The notes beneath the pieces were generated by a model. It had not been told where the DNA came from. It saw nothing but the letters and a program-made list of their open reading frames with translations, and did not search any database. The position numbers and the translations under genes are program-made. From positions 64,001-128,000 of the forward strand of contig CAVVKN010000023.1 in NCBI GenBank assembly GCA_963748825.1: 64,000 nt of DNA, in the 5' to 3' direction. Below are positions 42,892 through 53,371 of this stretch, piece by piece (the first letter of the stretch is position 1; every line of letters starts with the position of its first letter). Source of the stretch: Methanotrichaceae archaeon (lineage in GTDB: Archaea; Halobacteriota; Methanosarcinia; Methanotrichales; Methanotrichaceae).

Positions 42892-43326
42892 CTAGTTTAC
42901 CAGCCCCATAGCCACGGTTCTTCCCAGCAAGAAGCATTTCTCTATGTCTTCTTTGCTTGGAACCTGAACGGCTATAGTCCCAGGCTCAATCACCGACATG
43001 CCAAAGGACTTCATTCGAGCAATGATTGTAGGAACGCCCTCTCCGCTCCATCCGTGCGAACCGAAGGCTATCCCTACTCTTCCCTTCAGATCAAGCTTGG
43101 CAAGCTCCTTCAGGTAAGGGTCCATGGACTTAATGAGCTTGTAGTTGTAAGTTGAGCCGCCCAAAGCTATGGCTGCGGCATCTAATACATCATTTGGCGA
43201 GGCATCAAAGGCGTCTTTAATTACAACCTCGATGCCTGGAATGGTCATGGCACCGTTAGCAATGGCCTCTGCCATCGTCTTGGTCCTTCCCATACCACTG
43301 GCATAGATTATCGCCATCTTAGGCAT
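42892..43326 (-). CDS. Flavodoxin-domain protein
   Basis: IYASGMGRTKTMA, GGSTY, AFGSHGWSGE. Confidence 0.9.
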   Translation of the reverse strand: MPKMAIIYASGMGRTKTMAEAIANGAMTIPGIEVVIKDAFDASPNDVLDAAAIALGGSTYNYKLIKSMDPYLKELAKLDLKGRVGIAFGSHGWSGEGVPTIIARMKSFGMSVIEPGTIAVQVPSKEDIEKCFLLGRTVAMGLVN

Positions 43327-43564
43327 ACGAAATCCTCAATAGAAATAAGACTCGCATTTTATAACTAATTTATGGTGTAGTTACCCCTCAGGCAAAAGAA
43401 TATGATTTTTTGCAGAACCCAAACAAATCACGAGAAAAATCGCAGCAAGAATTGAATTGAAGCTTCGAATAGGAAGAGAATATGCGTCACGAGACTTGCT
43501 GATGAGGAGCCTATTTTAAGTCCGTTCGCGGGCTCAATTCCCCATCAGCATTGCTCTGAAGACA

Positions 43565-43864
43565 TCATGCGTGTGCCTTTGCCTGCGAGGCAGTTCCACT
43601 CTTGCGGTGCCTTATGACATGACGCGAGCGTCTTCCTGCGACCTCTTCGCTTTTTACCCACTCACCCGTCTCGTCGTCCTTCTCGTACTGCTCTTTCACG
43701 GCCGACCAGGCAGCTTCGTGAGATGCCTTCTCGCGCGCTGCGTCCTCAGTACTCTCCAAATCCTCCCAACAGCCGTTATAAGCCTTCATGTAAAGAGTCT
43801 TGGCACGGCTGGGCAAATTTCGCACGCTTTTAGGCAGCTCGCTTGTGTTCTCGTATGGCATCAA
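43565..43864 (-). CDS. ChaB-family protein
   Basis: PYENTSELPKSVRNLP, YMKAYN, AWSAVKEQYEK...W. Confidence 0.9.
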   Translation of the reverse strand: MMPYENTSELPKSVRNLPSRAKTLYMKAYNGCWEDLESTEDAAREKASHEAAWSAVKEQYEKDDETGEWVKSEEVAGRRSRHVIRHRKSGTASQAKAHA

Positions 43865-43977
43865 ATTACACCTCCTGTCAATGTTTGAGCTATATGATAA
43901 CCCGCCTACTATGAAGATCCTGGTTAAAAGGTTTTGGGGTCAATGGCCACTAACACTAGATGAGCCCCCTTTATTAA

Positions 43978-45402
43978 TTATTGAGGGATGAATATCATCT
44001 CTTCCTTGCTCCATAGCAGCCTTCCATCGTCTCCCTTAATTGCCAGCACCTCGGCGCCCTCAGATTCACCCAGCTTGTAGACGATCAGGTCTCCCTGTCC
44101 TTCTCCGGTCAGGTCCGGGCCAGCCACAGCTAAGGCCAGGCCGGCAAAGGGTCGCTGCCAGAGCAGCTCTCCATCCGAGCCTCGAAGAACGCCGATATCG
44201 CTACATAGTGAACCATTCTCAGCATACTTCAGGAGATAGACTACCAGTTCATCCCGCCCGTCGCCGGTCAGATCTATTACCGGTACAGCCAGGGCCGGGC
44301 CAGCAAAGCTCCGGTTCCAGAGCATTTTATGCTTTTGGCCGTCTCTGGCCTCAAATGTGGTGGCCGTGATGTTCAGAGGGGGCTCTTCGCCAACGCCCTC
44401 GCTCGTCATCGATCCGTTCAGTTGATAAATTGCGGCAATGCTGTCTTGCACAAGGTCGTTTGTGAGGTTGCCTGCCGGATATTCGATTGCCAGGGCACCG
44501 GAAAAGATCCTCTCATCCAGCTTTGTGCCGTTGGCACCGCTTACTCGGGCAATGCTGGTGAACATGCTATTGTTCATGCTGTCCAAGCCGAATACATGCA
44601 CCAGAAACTCAGAGGCATTGTCTCCACTAGCATCTTTAACGGGATAGGCAATGGTCATGGCCAGCATCTGGGGCCGGCTCCAAATTACAGTGCCATTACT
44701 GCCGTCAAGGGCGGAAACGCTACTGTAAGGGATGAAGCTCGCTGCGGCCAGGATTTCATCTATCATGACATCCGTTTGGCCGTCGCCATTGAGGTCTCCC
44801 GCGGTTGTGGCAAAGACCAGGGAGCCGGGATAATCCTTCTGCCATAAAGCGCTGCCGTCGCCGCCGCTGAAAGCCGATATTTCTGAATTAAAGGCTCCTG
44901 TGTCGGCATCACTGCTGATGTTCATGACCAGAAGGTCTGTGGCATTGTCCCCGTTGAGATCTGTTGCGGGAAATGCCAGGCTGATAACTTCCGGCTCGTT
45001 GGGGATCTGTGAATAAAAGTCGGAGTCATAATAGTTGTCTGCAAAATCAAGATCTTTAAATGCGAGTTCTGACGGATTGAAGTCTGAGCCAAATTCCGAT
45101 AAGTTAAACTCGGATAAATTGGATTCTGAAGAATTTAGCTCTGAGGAATTGGGTTCCAAAGAACTTATCTTTAATGGGCTGATTTCTGATGAATTGATAT
45201 CGGATAAATTGGGATTTGATGAATTAAATGCAGTGTAATTAAATACTGTGCGATTCAGTGTTGTTTGGTTGCTTAAATTCATTGCCAGAAGATCATCAAT
45301 TGATTCGGATTTGTTATCCACTGATGCCCCCTGGGCCAGCAATAGAGAGCATGCAATCAGATAAAGAGCTATCAATTTTTTTATGTTAAATCCCCCTGTC
45401 AT
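43978..45402 (-). CDS. Secreted FG-GAP/beta-propeller repeat protein
   Basis: Signal peptide; repeated DLNGDG/DLTGDG Ca-binding-type motifs and G-x-DG-x-x-LW blades; Asn/Ser-rich N-terminus. Confidence 0.75.
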   Translation of the reverse strand: MTGGFNIKKLIALYLIACSLLLAQGASVDNKSESIDDLLAMNLSNQTTLNRTVFNYTAFNSSNPNLSDINSSEISPLKISSLEPNSSELNSSESNLSEFNLSEFGSDFNPSELAFKDLDFADNYYDSDFYSQIPNEPEVISLAFPATDLNGDNATDLLVMNISSDADTGAFNSEISAFSGGDGSALWQKDYPGSLVFATTAGDLNGDGQTDVMIDEILAAASFIPYSSVSALDGSNGTVIWSRPQMLAMTIAYPVKDASGDNASEFLVHVFGLDSMNNSMFTSIARVSGANGTKLDERIFSGALAIEYPAGNLTNDLVQDSIAAIYQLNGSMTSEGVGEEPPLNITATTFEARDGQKHKMLWNRSFAGPALAVPVIDLTGDGRDELVVYLLKYAENGSLCSDIGVLRGSDGELLWQRPFAGLALAVAGPDLTGEGQGDLIVYKLGESEGAEVLAIKGDDGRLLWSKEEMIFIPQ

Positions 45403-45653
45403 ATTTCATGAGCAAATTGGGATGCATACTTATGAAGCTTCGCCTCTTACAGGAAAAGACACGCGATATATTTTAAAAATTAAAAATCTAGTGTTAGAAT
45501 AATTCCTTAACAATTAGCGAGAAATGGCCTTAGCACAATGGATCTTTGCGAGTTGAAAAAAAGCCCCGGCCGGGAAGGCCCGGATAGAATTGGCAGACCC
45601 GGCATGCGGCATGAGAATGCAGTTTTCTCGGGCAGGTTTTTTGCCCTAGAATT

Positions 45654-46418
45654 TCATTTTTTCCTCATATCCTCTTGTAACTTCTTCATTTTTGCCAGGG
45701 CAGCCTCTCGATCTAAGGCCATCTGCGTTCTGCGGTTGGCAAGATTCTCGGCAGGAGTAACCTCATTATCTGTAACCTGGCTGGAAGTTGTATCATTCTG
45801 AGCCGCGATCTCGGCAGGAGCGACAGTAGTAACCGTGGTATCCGGGCAATTGCTGGGGGGAGCAGCGCCCTCATTTACAGCTATGCTCAAATTGCCCAGG
45901 AAGGTCGTCATCATCTTCGCGCTCATGTTTATATCCGTCAATACCAGGGCTACGGTCAGATTGTTCGGCTGGTAAGCGATGATGTTCCGATTTCCTATCT
46001 GCCCCAAGAGAGCGGGTCCTGGCACTGATTCATTATACGTGACCTGGGCCATGATAGGATCAAAAGCTTCCAGATAAGGCTTCAGATCTGCGGGTTCCAG
46101 CTCTTTCTGGGGTGCCTGGCAGGGGTAGAGAAGATGCAGTTCGACCCTGTTTCCGTCCAGCAGCATTGATGCCGCAACCTCGCTTCCGCCGGTATAATTT
46201 GCTTCGGCCATGGTTTCTGGCTCCACAACTACCTCGGGGGGAAGACAGAAGACAAGTTTGGCATAGCTGCCCATCTCCGCACCTGTGCAAACGTCTTTTT
46301 CCTGGGCGAATGCAGCGGAAAACACAGTCATTAGGCCAAGTGCTATGCAGCAAAAAAGCAGCATCTTTCCAAGAGGCACCGATCTATTCTCCAATTTCTT
46401 AAATTTCATCCAATCCAC
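45654..46418 (-). CDS. Hypothetical secreted protein
   Basis: Hydrophobic signal segment ending AFA; 254-aa ORF; start uncertain. Confidence 0.6.
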   Translation of the reverse strand: MDWMKFKKLENRSVPLGKMLLFCCIALGLMTVFSAAFAQEKDVCTGAEMGSYAKLVFCLPPEVVVEPETMAEANYTGGSEVAASMLLDGNRVELHLLYPCQAPQKELEPADLKPYLEAFDPIMAQVTYNESVPGPALLGQIGNRNIIAYQPNNLTVALVLTDINMSAKMMTTFLGNLSIAVNEGAAPPSNCPDTTVTTVAPAEIAAQNDTTSSQVTDNEVTPAENLANRRTQMALDREAALAKMKKLQEDMRKK

Positions 46419-46660
46419 CTCATTGCTAATTTGTTTATCTCCCTTACAAATTCTAAATATATGTTTGCGTTTATACCTCTCAAACTATTTAGCCGTTTTC
46501 CAGTCGGTTTTCCGGAAAGTCCGGTCGTTTCCTGAGCTTTCCCTTTTCTATCCGGCTGAAAGCAGCCCAAATATAGAAGCTCCGATATGGTAATATACTT
46601 GAAATATATGTCACCGATATTGTACAATAACCTGTGTACAAATTTCGGATAAAAGCATGA

Positions 46661-47143
46661 GTGGTGGAGATTGCAGTGAGATCAACTTCAAAAGCATTCT
46701 ATTTTGCAGCAGCTTTGATGGTTTTGTCCATAAGTGCTGCGGCATCGGTTGTCTTAAACGAGATGGAACTAAATCCTCCGGAAGGCGGGGCTGATTGGGT
46801 TGAGATTTACAACCCTGATAATGAGAGCGTGGACATCAGCGGATGGATGGCCGAGATCACCGACGGAAGTTGGGTAGGAAAGCTCCCTGCCGTGCCCGCG
46901 GGAACTATACTGCCAGCCAAGAGCTTTTATGTCTTCAATGGCCAGTCATCCTGGAATCATAATGATGGCGGATATGCCACACTCTTCAGCGCATCCGGAG
47001 AGATAGTGGACAAGACTGCCAACCGACAGGACACTATGAACAACGACTTTACCTACGGCAGGCAACCGGATGGTCACGATACAAATACCGATGGTGACTG
47101 GGGCCTGCATTCTGCCACCAAGGGCGAATCAAATATACGCTAA
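46661..47143 (+). CDS. Secreted lamin-tail-domain protein
   Basis: VVLNEMELNP, DWVEIYN, VDISGW, TYGRQPDG. Confidence 0.85.
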   Translation: MVEIAVRSTSKAFYFAAALMVLSISAAASVVLNEMELNPPEGGADWVEIYNPDNESVDISGWMAEITDGSWVGKLPAVPAGTILPAKSFYVFNGQSSWNHNDGGYATLFSASGEIVDKTANRQDTMNNDFTYGRQPDGHDTNTDGDWGLHSATKGESNIR

Positions 47144-47149
47144 AGAGGA

Positions 47150-47626
47150 ATGAAAATGGATCTTAAATTGGGAATTGGCATCAAGGCGCTCTTAGCCTTC
47201 AGCGGCCTTTTGGCCATCTGTGGCCTGGGCATGTGCAACGTGGTCATCAATGAGTTTGAGCTCAGCCCGCCCGACAACGGCACCGTTTGGGTAGAGCTTT
47301 ACAATACCGGGGACGCAGCCGTGGATCTGACCGGCTGGATGATCAATATCGTAGATAAACCCTGGGTGGGCCCCATCCCCCTTGAGGGCAGCATCGAGCC
47401 TAAAGGATTTCTGGCTTTGGACGGCCAGAAGAACTGGGTCACTACCGGCAACGGAACCGTTTTTCTCTATGACGCCTCTGGTGTTGAGGTAGACAAGACA
47501 TCTCAGCAGAGCGACAACTCGCAAAGCGACTTCACCTACGGCCGCATTCCGGACGGAAAGAAGACAGATACCAGGGCCGACTTTGCCTTCATGATGGCAA
47601 GCAAAGGCAGGTCCAACGTCCGTTGA
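47150..47626 (+). CDS. Secreted lamin-tail-domain protein (tandem paralog)
   Basis: VVINEFEL, WVELYN, VDLTGW, TYGRIPDG. Confidence 0.85.
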   Translation: MKMDLKLGIGIKALLAFSGLLAICGLGMCNVVINEFELSPPDNGTVWVELYNTGDAAVDLTGWMINIVDKPWVGPIPLEGSIEPKGFLALDGQKNWVTTGNGTVFLYDASGVEVDKTSQQSDNSQSDFTYGRIPDGKKTDTRADFAFMMASKGRSNVR

Positions 47627-47775
47627 GTTCTGCCTGAAATCAGCAGGGCAAAAAAAACAATAGCTTGGGCCTTTTCGGCTGCTCTTGCGACAGAAGGGGC
47701 CATGCTTGTTTTTTAAAGGAGACGTCTACAGATCCGTTGCTTTTCGAATTATCTCACCCACGTCGCTTGCTGCTC

Positions 47776-48132
47776 TCATTCCCTAAGCCAGGCCCAAGCC
47801 TGGGCAATTTCTGCAGAATGGAAAAATTTGGCATCGCGAGCGTAAAAAGGCTTGGCCAGATGTGTCATCCATTTCTCCCAGCTTTTATCTCCGACAATTG
47901 CCATTTTTTCAATCTCATTGTGAAATTCCCATGCAAGTTTCATATCAGAAAGCCAGGCCTCCATCTTTTCCCACTTGAAATCACTGAGATCAAGCAACAT
48001 GAAAACATTGCCTTCCTTTTCCACCAATGCCCTGATTTCTGGTACCAATATCTTGTAATCCGATGCAGTAATCGTCCCAATGGCTTTGAATCCAACCACA
48101 TTTCCCGAACTATTCTCCAATTTTTCGAACAC
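47776..48132 (-). CDS. STAS/SEC14 (SpoIIAA-like) domain protein
   Basis: GTITASDY, IEKMAIVGDKSWEKW, AWAWL; GTG start chosen at 48132. Confidence 0.85.
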   Translation of the reverse strand: MFEKLENSSGNVVGFKAIGTITASDYKILVPEIRALVEKEGNVFMLLDLSDFKWEKMEAWLSDMKLAWEFHNEIEKMAIVGDKSWEKWMTHLAKPFYARDAKFFHSAEIAQAWAWLRE

Positions 48133-48294
48133 GTCATCGACTCCTGTCTTGAGTTGAACACTTCGGTTTTGATGAGATTTACATCTTTTCATTAATTATA
48201 ATTAATTCTTAAGTCGTTAATAAACTAAAAAACAGAATATCCATTGGGAAAAATTCTTAAGTAATAAACGTTTAGTTTTAAAGGGGGATTTGCA

Positions 48295-48729
48295 TTGTTC
48301 GAAAAGATTTTGATTGCCACAGACGGATCGGAAAATAGCAAGAGAGCTGTAAAAGCAGGCATCGAGATAGCCAAAAACTTTGGCGGAAAAGTCACTGCCT
48401 TATTCGTTGCTGATCCACGCCGGTATTTTATGGGCGAAGTCAGCTACAATATAGCAGATGAGGTAATGGTAGGCATCCAGAAGGAGGTCATGAGAGAGGG
48501 TGAGGAAGCAATACGCCAGGCTGAGGAAGACGCCAAGTTGGCTTCTGTAGCGTTTGAGAAAAAGATCGTAGAAGGTCATCCCGCAGAGGAGATTCTAAAG
48601 CTTAGCGGCAATATGGATCTAATCGTCCTTGGCAGAATGGGCCTTACAGGAATGCCAAAATTTCTCGTAGGAAGTGTTGCAGAGAAAGTCATTCGTAATT
48701 CGAAGGTTCCTGTGCATATAGTTACTTGA
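48295..48729 (+). CDS. Universal stress protein
   Basis: KILIATDGSENS, GHPAEEI, DLIVLG, GSVAEKVIR. Confidence 0.93.
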   Translation: MFEKILIATDGSENSKRAVKAGIEIAKNFGGKVTALFVADPRRYFMGEVSYNIADEVMVGIQKEVMREGEEAIRQAEEDAKLASVAFEKKIVEGHPAEEILKLSGNMDLIVLGRMGLTGMPKFLVGSVAEKVIRNSKVPVHIVT

Positions 48730-48876
48730 CCCGGGATTGAAAAGCTGCAGAGGCGTGAAGCGAAGGACTTTGAATTAGGACTTTCATTTTTTTAGACTAG
48801 ACGAAACAGGGTTATCTATTTTCAAATGGAGATCGCTGAAAAAAAAGGTAAAAATTTAAAAAAATCTAAAGCTCTG

Positions 48877-49731
48877 TTAGTCGATCAGCAAGGTGTAAGC
48901 AGTCTCTCTTTTGAAGTTTTTCGTGTGCTCATTCTTGTTGATGATGCCACCCTGGCCGTCTCTCTGAGAGATGGTAATGGTGTGGGTCTTTTCACCACCT
49001 ATTGTTAAGCTGGCTATTCCGTCCAGAGATCCATCGCCAATATCACTGCTGTAAAAGACGCCATCCACATAGACATCGTAGCCCTTGATTCTCTGAGATT
49101 TTATGGTAACAAAAGCGTCTCCCATCAAGATAGAATTCACGTCCAATGGCGAGAACGACTGCTCGCTTTGCCGGGGCAGGACATCTAAGATCAGGGCATT
49201 GCCGGGCGCGCTTCCCTGGGCCAGCAGCATGAAGAGCCTGCCGCTCTCCTCCGGCCTCAGCTTGAGTCGATGGTAGCCGGCCAGTAATTTAAAATTCCAG
49301 TGCTTGATGGTGCTATTGGCATAGGATATGAGATAGATATCGCCGCTGCCGTCCTGGGGGGTTTGCACGATCAGGTCGACTGCTTCGCCGGCCGTTACCT
49401 GGCTAAACCGGCTCCAGACCGCACCCTTTCGGATCCACAGCTCGCTGGAAAGCGGTGTGGAAGCGGCACTGGAAACGTAATCTGAGTAGTTCAATTGCCG
49501 CTCCCCCAAGCGAATGGACTGGGGCTCATTGCCGCTCAGGTTGAAGTATATGGGATCGGAGAGAGTTGTAACTCTTTTTTCCTGGGGCTCCTCTGTGGCG
49601 CTTATCCAAGGCTCCTCGCTCCAGATCTGATTTCCGGCAGGCGAGGCACAGGCCGATGCAGTCAGCAGCGCAATAAGTGCCATAAGCGCTGCGAAGTGTG
49701 AAAGAGCCTGGAAATGATGTTTGAGACGCAT
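48877..49731 (-). CDS. Hypothetical secreted protein
   Basis: Signal-like hydrophobic segment; beta-rich; starts 4 bp after the argS stop. Confidence 0.6.
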   Translation of the reverse strand: MRLKHHFQALSHFAALMALIALLTASACASPAGNQIWSEEPWISATEEPQEKRVTTLSDPIYFNLSGNEPQSIRLGERQLNYSDYVSSAASTPLSSELWIRKGAVWSRFSQVTAGEAVDLIVQTPQDGSGDIYLISYANSTIKHWNFKLLAGYHRLKLRPEESGRLFMLLAQGSAPGNALILDVLPRQSEQSFSPLDVNSILMGDAFVTIKSQRIKGYDVYVDGVFYSSDIGDGSLDGIASLTIGGEKTHTITISQRDGQGGIINKNEHTKNFKRETAYTLLID

Positions 49732-49735
49732 GATT

Positions 49736-51441
49736 TTACATCGTCTCCAAGGCCTGTATTCCCAGGGTATCCAAAGTCGTTCGCAGGGCATTTTTGGCCG
49801 CTCTTGCCAGGGCCATTCTTGCCCTGCGCAGATTCGGCTCGGCATCCAGCACCGGGCTGTAGCGGTAGAAGTGGTTGAAGCTCTCCGCCAGCTCGCGGGC
49901 GTACGTGGCCAGTTGATGGGGCTTTAGCTCCCGGGCGGCTCTGTCGATGACCAGATCAAATTCCGCGATCTTCTTGATGAGGGCGATCTCGTTTTCGCCG
50001 GTGAGCAGATCGGCCTGGACCTTAAGCTGGGCTTCCTGGTTCTCCAGCCCTTCTTCTCCCTTGCGCAGGATGCTGCAGGCCCGGGCATGTGAGTACTGGA
50101 TGAAGGGCGCAGAGAGCTTCTCAAAGTCCAGGGCCTGCTTCCAGTCGAAGGTAGTGGCCTTGTCTGGAGAGACCTTGACCACGTCATAGCGCACTGCACC
50201 TGCCGCCACCTGGGCCGCCACCTCCCTTGAGGAAGGCCTCGCTCTCTTCCGGCCTTCTCAGCTTGACCTCCTCATAAGCCTGTTTTTCCACCTCGTCGAG
50301 CAGTTCATCGGCGGAGATGAACTTGCCCTTCCTGGTGCTCATTGAACCGGTAGGAAGCGACACGAATTCAAAAATGACCACCTCCGGCTCACGGATGCCC
50401 AGCAAGCGCAGAGCGGTGCGAAGCTGTCCGGAGACCAGCTTGTGGTCGGCTCCCAGGACATCCACGGAGCGATCTGAATTCAGGGACTTCCAGCGGTGGT
50501 AAGCCAGGTCGCGAGTGATGTAAAGCGAGGTTCCATTCGTCCTCTTGAGGACCATCTTCTTCTCAAAGCCGTATTGGGTTAAGTCGAGCTGAAAAGCGCC
50601 CTCCTCGTATTCGGTGAGCCCTGTTTTCTCCAGTTGGCCCACAATCTCGGCCACATCGCCCTTTCGCACAAACTCCGACTCCCAGTGGTAGCTGTCGTGG
50701 CGGATGTTCATCCGGTGCAGCGTCTCTTCGATGCCGCCAACGGCGTACTTGATGGCGCTCTGGATCTTGGCCACCGTCTCCTCGTCGCCTGCCTCGTAGC
50801 GCTGGATAACCTGATCTGCCTCATCTCGGATCTCGGGACTGGTTTCCATGAGGCGGTTGGCGGCGATGTAGACCTTGGCTATGGCATGGTCGGCTTTGCT
50901 GCCATCAAGCTGGAAGTGATCCAAGCCCACGACCACCATGGCCTCCTGGCGGCCCATGTCGTTGACGTAGTACTGCGCGTCTACAGTGCAGCCTGCCCGG
51001 CGCATGATGCGCACCAGCGTGTCGCCAATCACTGAATTGCGGATGTGACCCACGTGCAGCGGCCCGTCGGGATTGGCGGAGGTGTGCTCCACAATTACCA
51101 ACTCCCTCATTCGGCCTGTCCAGGCATTGTCGGCCAGGGCCTGCAAAAGGACCGTTTCCAGGAACTTTTGGTTCATGAAGAAGTTGAGATAGGGGCCGGA
51201 AAGCTCCACCTTTTGCACATATCTGTAATCCTGGGAGAGAGCCTGGTGGATCTCTTTGGCGATGGCCATCGGGCTCTTCTTCTGCAGCGGGGCCAGCCGG
51301 AAGGCCACGGACGAAGCCAAATCAGCGTGAGGGCTCAGGTCCAGGCCCAGATTGTTTACTCCTTCCTCTACCTTGTAGCCACAGGAACCGAGGGCCGCAA
51401 TGCAGAAGGCCCTCGACCTCGCTCATAAAATCGAGAAACAT
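49736..51441 (-). CDS. argS: Arginyl-tRNA synthetase, split by two single-base insertions
   Basis: EHTSANPDGPLHVGHIRN, MSTRKG, anticodon domain FIQYSHAR...LETM; frameshifts at about 51400 and 50225. Confidence 0.93.
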
Positions 51442-51569
51442 GGGAACACCAATGTGAATAGTATCTTTCTCCATCAACTGGATGGGGCGATATAAGCATT
51501 ACGTCATGTCCTGCCTTTTTGGGAAAGTATATGATGTTTGGTGACTTACATTGATGGTGAGGATTCACT

Positions 51570-52799
51570 ATGAAGCTCTTTGCAGCAATTCTAATGCTGT
51601 TGTTATGCGCCCCGGCCCTTGCCGTCTCCTATGAGGCGAGCCAGGTCGAGGCCACCACAGCCATTACCCTGCCTGTAGACTCCGTCACCATCTATCCGGA
51701 CGGCCTGATGGCAGTGAAACGAACGGGAAACCTTGACGTAACTGAGGGCGTGCACAAGTTCGTGATCAATGTTCCTGAAAAGGCCGAGCAAAGCTCGGTG
51801 CTCCTTCGCGTCAGCAACGCTACCCAGGAAAGAGTAGTCTACGAAGCCAATCCCGTTTACACTCTGAACATCTCCGCGCCGGGATCGCAGAGCTTTGACC
51901 TCTCCTATCTCATGTACAATGCCGCCACCTGGAAGCCGGTGTACGACCTGCACCTTCTTAGCGACTTTGTACTGGTGAAGGCCAATGCCGTGCTCAGCAA
52001 TCGCGGTGGAGAGAATCTCAAGAATGTGCGGCTCAAGCTGGTAGCGGGCCTGCCTCTGGGAATAGAGCCTTATTATGCCAAGGCCGCGCCCCAGATAAAT
52101 CAGAGATATGCCGAAGCGGCTCCCATGGCCGAGTTCATGGACTACGCAGCCGCACCTGCGCCCTCCTCAGGCGAGCTGGAGACGCTCTACATCTTCGAGC
52201 TTGAAGGGCGAAAAGACCTGGTCATGGACAAGGAGATAGGCTTTCCCCTCTTCGAGGAAGAGGCACCTCTGGTGAGAATCTACACATGGGATGCCTCCAG
52301 CCAGACAGAGGGCCCTGCCAAGGAGGAGATCCGGGCCAACAACACCCTGACCAATCCCTGGCCGACGGGAAAAGCTCTGCTTTACAGAAATGACGAGTAC
52401 GTCTCCACCATCGAGATGCCCTACACTCCAGCCGGCACCAACGCCTCCATTGTGGTGGGCCCCTCTGCTGATCTTAAGGTGGAAAGCAAGCTTTCCGACT
52501 ACAATATAACCGAGAATATCAGGGAGATCGGAACAGGCGCAAGGAATCACACCGTAAAAGAGACCACGGAGACCTGGACCTACTATCTGAAGATCAAGAG
52601 CAACCTGGACCGCGTAGCAGCGCTGGAGGTAACCGACACCGTCCCCCAGGAGGCCGTGATCCTCTCCGTCACGCCAAAGCCTGCCGAGAGCACGGCCACC
52701 AGCCTCAAGTGGAAGCTGCAGCTCGCGCCGCGGCAGAAGACGGCCATCAATTACACCTACCAGGTGATCACGACGGAGAGCCTGGATAGTGTGTATTAA
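51570..52799 (+). CDS. DUF4139/DUF4140-domain secreted protein
   Basis: Signal peptide; SVTIYPDG, WKPVYDL, C-terminal LEVTDTVP...WKLQLAP. Confidence 0.75.
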   Translation: MKLFAAILMLLLCAPALAVSYEASQVEATTAITLPVDSVTIYPDGLMAVKRTGNLDVTEGVHKFVINVPEKAEQSSVLLRVSNATQERVVYEANPVYTLNISAPGSQSFDLSYLMYNAATWKPVYDLHLLSDFVLVKANAVLSNRGGENLKNVRLKLVAGLPLGIEPYYAKAAPQINQRYAEAAPMAEFMDYAAAPAPSSGELETLYIFELEGRKDLVMDKEIGFPLFEEEAPLVRIYTWDASSQTEGPAKEEIRANNTLTNPWPTGKALLYRNDEYVSTIEMPYTPAGTNASIVVGPSADLKVESKLSDYNITENIREIGTGARNHTVKETTETWTYYLKIKSNLDRVAALEVTDTVPQEAVILSVTPKPAESTATSLKWKLQLAPRQKTAINYTYQVITTESLDSVY

Positions 52800-52890
52800 T
52801 TTCAAAACTTTTCTTTTTTGTGTCTATTCTTCAAAATGTTGCTTCTTTAGCTCGCGCGAAAAAATGATTTGACTAGAAGGGCTTAAGCGT

Positions 52891-53349
52891 CTAATCCACC
52901 TGCACCCTCTGCGCGTTTACGACCACGAGTTTGGGAAGGTGCACCTCTAATATGCCGTCTTTGAAGCTGGCTTTTACCTGTTCCGGCTTGACCTCCATGG
53001 GCAGCTTGATCTCACGCTTGCGGCCCAGGGTACCAATCTCCTGGCGCAGATATTTCCCCTCCCTGGGATTGGCCTTGGCATCGACGTAGAGGCTGTCCTC
53101 CGTCACCCGCAGATCGATCTTCTCTTTGCTGGCGCCCGGCAGAGCAACCAGGGCGATCAGCTCATCTTCAGTCTCTATGAGATCAATGAGGGCAAGATCG
53201 CTGCTCTTGGCCTCGCCAAGCTCGCTGCTCACATCTCCCAGGATCTTCTTGGCCGCCTGGCTGGCCTGGCTGGACATCCTGGCAGCCTCAACGGCCGCCC
53301 TGCCGATCACACGTTCCAGATCGCTGCTCCCTGAGGAATCGGATTTCAT
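52891..53349 (-). CDS. Hsp20/alpha-crystallin small heat-shock protein
   Basis: DLIETEDE, LPG, ASFKDGILEVHLPK. Confidence 0.92.
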   Translation of the reverse strand: MKSDSSGSSDLERVIGRAAVEAARMSSQASQAAKKILGDVSSELGEAKSSDLALIDLIETEDELIALVALPGASKEKIDLRVTEDSLYVDAKANPREGKYLRQEIGTLGRKREIKLPMEVKPEQVKASFKDGILEVHLPKLVVVNAQRVQVD

Positions 53350-53371
53350 GTTCAAAATAATGTCATTGCCA

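Noticed and set aside
43497-43559. C/D-box sRNA (TGATGA at 43500, CTGA at 43556)
   Set aside because: No convincing internal D'/C' boxes; better explained as a hairpin (TGCTGATG/CATCAGCA) downstream of chaB
46490-46530. ORB-like TTCCAG/TTTCCGGAAA motifs as a replication origin
   Set aside because: Poor match to the ORB consensus, no G-string and no orc1/cdc6 nearby
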